DNA of 64,000 nucleotides from Vicinamibacterales bacterium (GTDB lineage Bacteria; Acidobacteriota; Vicinamibacteria; Vicinamibacterales; UBA2999): NCBI GenBank assembly GCA_050249615.1, contig JBFWQE010000013.1, positions 406 to 64,405 of the forward strand, read 5' to 3'. Shown piece by piece: positions 61,214 to 64,000 of this stretch (position 1 is its first letter; each line of letters starts with the position of its first letter). The notes under the pieces were generated by a model. It saw only the letters and a program-made list of their open reading frames with translations, ran no database searches and was not told where the DNA came from. The position numbers and the translations under genes were made by a program.

Positions 61214-63187
61214 TCAGCGCCGGACCGAGGCCACCGAATCGAGCTCGTCCCACCGCTTCAGCGCCGCCTCGATCTCGCCGGGCAGCGCTTCGAGCCTGGC
61301 CATCGTCTGGTGAATCTCGGCCGCCGGCCTCTTGTAGAAGTCCGGCGCCGACACTTCCGCGGTGAGGGCGGCCTGCTCCGCCTCGAGCGCCTCGATGGCG
61401 CCGGGCAGCGCCTCGAGCTCGCGCTGCTCCTTGAAGGAGAGCTTGCGCTTCGGGGTGACCACCTGGTCATCAACCCGACGCTCCGACCTCGCCCGACTCC
61501 CGACTCCCGACTCCCCTCTTCCGTCGCTGGCGACTCCCGACTCCCGGCTTCCACTTTCGCCAAGGGCTCGGCGGACAGGCCCGACTCCCGCCGCGATGGT
61601 CTGCCGCTTCCAGTCCTCGTAGCCGCCGACGTACTCGACGACCCGCCCATCGCCTTCGAACGCGATGGTGCTGGTGACCACGTTGTCCAGGAATCGCCGG
61701 TCGTGGCTCACGAGGAGCAGCGTGCCCTGCCACTCCACCAGCAGCGCCTCGAGCAGCTCGAGCGTCTCGAGATCCAGGTCGTTGGTGGGCTCGTCCAGCA
61801 CCAGCACGTTCGCCGGCCGCGTGAAAAGCCGCGCCAGCAGCAGGCGATTGCGCTCGCCGCCCGAGAGTGCCTTCACGGGCGACCTCGCGCGCTCGGGCGA
61901 GAAGAGGAAGTCCTGCAGGTAGCCGTGTACGTGCCGCGACTGGCCGTTCACGGTCACCGTGTCGTTGCCGTCGCCGACGGTGTCCACGACGGTGCGCTCC
62001 GGATCGAGCTGCTCCCGCTGCTGGTCGAAATAGGCCACCTGCACGTTCGCTCCCCGACGCACCTCTCCCGCGTCCGGCTCGACCTCGCCGAGGAGCAGCC
62101 GCAGCAGCGTCGTCTTGCCCGCGCCGTTGGGCCCGATGAGGCCGATGCGGTCCCCGCGCATGATGCGTGTCGAGAAGTCCCGGACCACGACCTTGTCCCC
62201 ATAGGCCTTTCGAAGGCCCTCGACCTCGAACACCACCTTGCCGCTCGACTCGGCCTCGCTCACCTGCAGACGTACCTGGCCGGCCTTCTCGCGGCGCGCG
62301 GCGCGCTCGGCGCGCATCGCCATCAGCGCCTTGACGCGCCCCTCGTCGCGGGTGCGGCGGGCCTTGATGCCCTGCCGCAGCCATGCCTCCTCCACCGCGA
62401 GTCTCTTGTCGAACTTCGCCTGCTGCACGGCCTCGTTGGCGAGCCACTCCTCCTTCTTGCTGAGGAATGCGGCGTAGTCGCCGGGCCACGACGTGAGGCG
62501 GCCGCGGTCGAGCTCCACGATGCGCGTGGCCAGCCGCTCCAGGAACGCCCTGTCGTGCGTCACGAACACGACCGCGCCGGTGTACTCCGAGAGGAACGCC
62601 TCCAGCCACTCGATGGCCTCGACGTCGAGGTGATTGGTGGGCTCGTCCAGCAGCAGCAGATCCGGCTGCGCCACGAGCGCGCGCGCCAGCAGCACGCGGC
62701 GCTTCCAGCCGCCCGACAGCGTGTCGACGATGGCGTCGGCGGGAAGGTCGAGGCGCGAGAGCACCAGCTCGACGCGCTGCTCCAGGCGCCAGCCGTCCCG
62801 TTCCTCGAGCTCGTGCTGCAGCTCGCCAAGCCGCTGCAACGCCTTCGGTGAGGCATCGTGCGCGACATCCACGGCCGCATGGTGGTAGGCGCGGACGAGG
62901 TCCGCGAGATCGCCGAGGCCTTCTGCGACCACGTCGAAGACGGGCAGGCTGGCCGACAGCGGCACGTCCTGCACGAGCCGGGCGACGCGCGTCCCGGGCT
63001 GCCGCCACACCGTGCCGCGATCCGGCGCGAGGTCGCCGGCCAGGATCTGGAGGAGCGTCGACTTGCCCGTCCCGTTCCGCCCGATGACGGCCACGCGCTC
63101 GCCCGGCTCCACCTGCAGCGAGGCATCGTCCTGGAGGGGCAGGTGGCCGTAGGCGTGGAAGATGTGGTCGAGCGTGACGAGGGGCAC
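61214..63187 (-). CDS. uup: ABC-F family ATPase (Uup-like)
   Basis: GTG start at 63187. Two ABC cassettes (GRNGTGKSTLL ... LSGGWKRRVLLARAL ... LLLDEPTNHLD; GPNGAGKTTLL ... LSGGERNRLLLA ... LVLDEPTNDLD) and a C-terminal coiled coil. Confidence 0.9.
   Translation of the reverse strand: MPLVTLDHIFHAYGHLPLQDDASLQVEPGERVAVIGRNGTGKSTLLQILAGDLAPDRGTVWRQPGTRVARLVQDVPLSASLPVFDVVAEGLGDLADLVRAYHHAAVDVAHDASPKALQRLGELQHELEERDGWRLEQRVELVLSRLDLPADAIVDTLSGGWKRRVLLARALVAQPDLLLLDEPTNHLDVEAIEWLEAFLSEYTGAVVFVTHDRAFLERLATRIVELDRGRLTSWPGDYAAFLSKKEEWLANEAVQQAKFDKRLAVEEAWLRQGIKARRTRDEGRVKALMAMRAERAARREKAGQVRLQVSEAESSGKVVFEVEGLRKAYGDKVVVRDFSTRIMRGDRIGLIGPNGAGKTTLLRLLLGEVEPDAGEVRRGANVQVAYFDQQREQLDPERTVVDTVGDGNDTVTVNGQSRHVHGYLQDFLFSPERARSPVKALSGGERNRLLLARLFTRPANVLVLDEPTNDLDLETLELLEALLVEWQGTLLLVSHDRRFLDNVVTSTIAFEGDGRVVEYVGGYEDWKRQTIAAGVGPVRRALGESGSRESGVASDGRGESGVGSRARSERRVDDQVVTPKRKLSFKEQRELEALPGAIEALEAEQAALTAEVSAPDFYKRPAAEIHQTMARLEALPGEIEAALKRWDELDSVASVRR
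61492..61547. repeat. GACTCCC-family heptad repeats inside the uup linker coding region
   Basis: cccgactcccgactcccgactcccc ... cgactcccgactcccgg encodes GESGSRESGVASDGRGESGVGSR between the second ABC cassette and the C-terminal coiled coil. Confidence 0.85.
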
Positions 63188-63203
63188 TGGGTGAAGGTAC
63201 TAC

Positions 63204-63229
63204 GGGCTTGGGGCTTGGGGCTTGGGGCC
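63204..63229. repeat. (GGGGCTT)x4 heptad array
   Basis: gggcttggggcttggggcttggggcc begins 16 nt upstream of the uup GTG. Confidence 0.9.
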
Positions 63230-63242
63230 TGAGCCCGGGGTC

Positions 63243-64000
63243 TTACCGTGGCATCACCGCGTTGAAGACCACGCGGAAGGTGCCGAACGGCTGGCCGCGC
63301 CACTGGGGGCGGAAGCCGAGCAGGGTGATGTGGCCGTTCCCGTGCGCGACGTCGAGCGCGGCGGCGCGGCCGTTCAGGAAGCGCTCGCCCAGCAGGTAGC
63401 CGGACATCAGCGGCGAGCCGGTGGACTGATACCGCGCCAGCACCTCGCCCTTGAAGCCCTCGCCGGTTTCGAACGCAGGGCTGCTGTCGACGAAGATGGC
63501 CGCCTGTTCCGGCATCCCGGCCATGACCGGGTGCGCGGGCGTGGTCTCCACGGCCATCACCGAGCCGCCGGTGAAAAACTCCTGGCGCTTCATGCCCGCG
63601 ACCACGTTCTTGACCGGCAGGCCGAACTGCTGGATGGCGAACGCAGTGGATCGGTTGAAGCAGATGAGCGTTCCGCCAGCCCGCACGAACGCGTCGATGG
63701 CGCGGACTCCGTCCTCGCCGATGCCGCCCTCGAACTGCGGCGGCACGACGCCCTTTGCGTAGCCCTCGAGGAGCCCCCGCGCCTCGTCTGCGATGACGAG
63801 CGTGTCGATGCGATCCGCCAGCACGCCGGCGCGGAAGTCGCGCGGGTAGAGGCTCACCACGTCGAAGCCGTAGCGCTCCAGCATCCAGCGCGTCCACCCT
63901 TCGTCCATGCTGGCCATCCACGGCCGGTAGAGCCCCACGCGCGGCCGCTTCAGCTCCCGCGCGCCCCGCGGCGCCGCGACCCGCTCCGCCTGCAGCGCGT
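63243..64000 (-). CDS. C-terminal part of a larger protein (GATase1-like domain, as found at the end of M14-type peptidase-like proteins); 5' end outside the window
   Basis: The frame stays open upstream of the GTG at 63938 (…RELKRPRVGLYRPWMASMDEGWTRWMLERYGF…). It ends AHGNGHITLLGFRPQWRGQPFGTFRVVFNAVMPR. Confidence 0.6.
   Translation of the reverse strand, partial: ALQAERVAAPRGARELKRPRVGLYRPWMASMDEGWTRWMLERYGFDVVSLYPRDFRAGVLADRIDTLVIADEARGLLEGYAKGVVPPQFEGGIGEDGVRAIDAFVRAGGTLICFNRSTAFAIQQFGLPVKNVVAGMKRQEFFTGGSVMAVETTPAHPVMAGMPEQAAIFVDSSPAFETGEGFKGEVLARYQSTGSPLMSGYLLGERFLNGRAAALDVAHGNGHITLLGFRPQWRGQPFGTFRVVFNAVMPR

Overview
This is a 64-kb, very GC-rich bacterial chromosomal window (by-eye counts give roughly 70-80% G+C in core genes). 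Gene content suggests a soil Acidobacteriota-like organism, but that is a weak inference. The six-frame track is dominated by antisense shadow ORFs. My calls therefore rest on recognisable protein motifs, 4-nt start/stop overlaps, RBS positions and RNA motifs read directly from the sequence. The ORF track prints M for GTG/TTG starts, and I checked several of these. Left to right the window contains: an ArsR-SRPBCC operon; a secreted BNR/Fn3 protein; tRNA-Asn; and a divergent synthase-dependent exopolysaccharide locus. That locus pairs a GT2 synthase, a HEAT protein and an Hpt/REC/degenerate-GGDEF regulator against a TPR+YaiO-like porin, a TPR protein and a polytopic sulfatase-family transferase. 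Next come an AttEFGH-like ABC system, the conserved ffs-dnaX-ybaB-recR block, and a six-gene lysine/DAP cluster (asd-lysC-dapB-dapA-dapD-M20). A ~15-kb lower-GC integrative island follows, inserted in tRNA-Ser(GGA), with 41-bp direct repeats, a tyrosine integrase and two Xis-like HTH genes. The island carries Gabija (GajA/GajB) chained by ATGA overlaps to AbiEi and a truncated AbiEii, a HEPN-like gene and a Schlafen/AlbA_2 ATPase. It also carries two wHTH proteins and two nuclease-like genes around a structured 640-bp non-coding gap. Right of the island lie an astacin-type metalloprotease coupled to an MvdD/MdnC-like ATP-grasp ligase with no obvious precursor gene, an S74 tail-fibre-like protein, a split LigD, a Tat amine oxidase and Uup. 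Almost every intergenic gap in the core regions is filled by short tandem repeats (7-10 nt units) from a few recurring families. The most novel candidates are the protease/ATP-grasp pair, the c-di-GMP-receptor-like EPS regulator locus, the AbiE-Gabija-HEPN string, the nuclease/structured-RNA module and the repeat families themselves.
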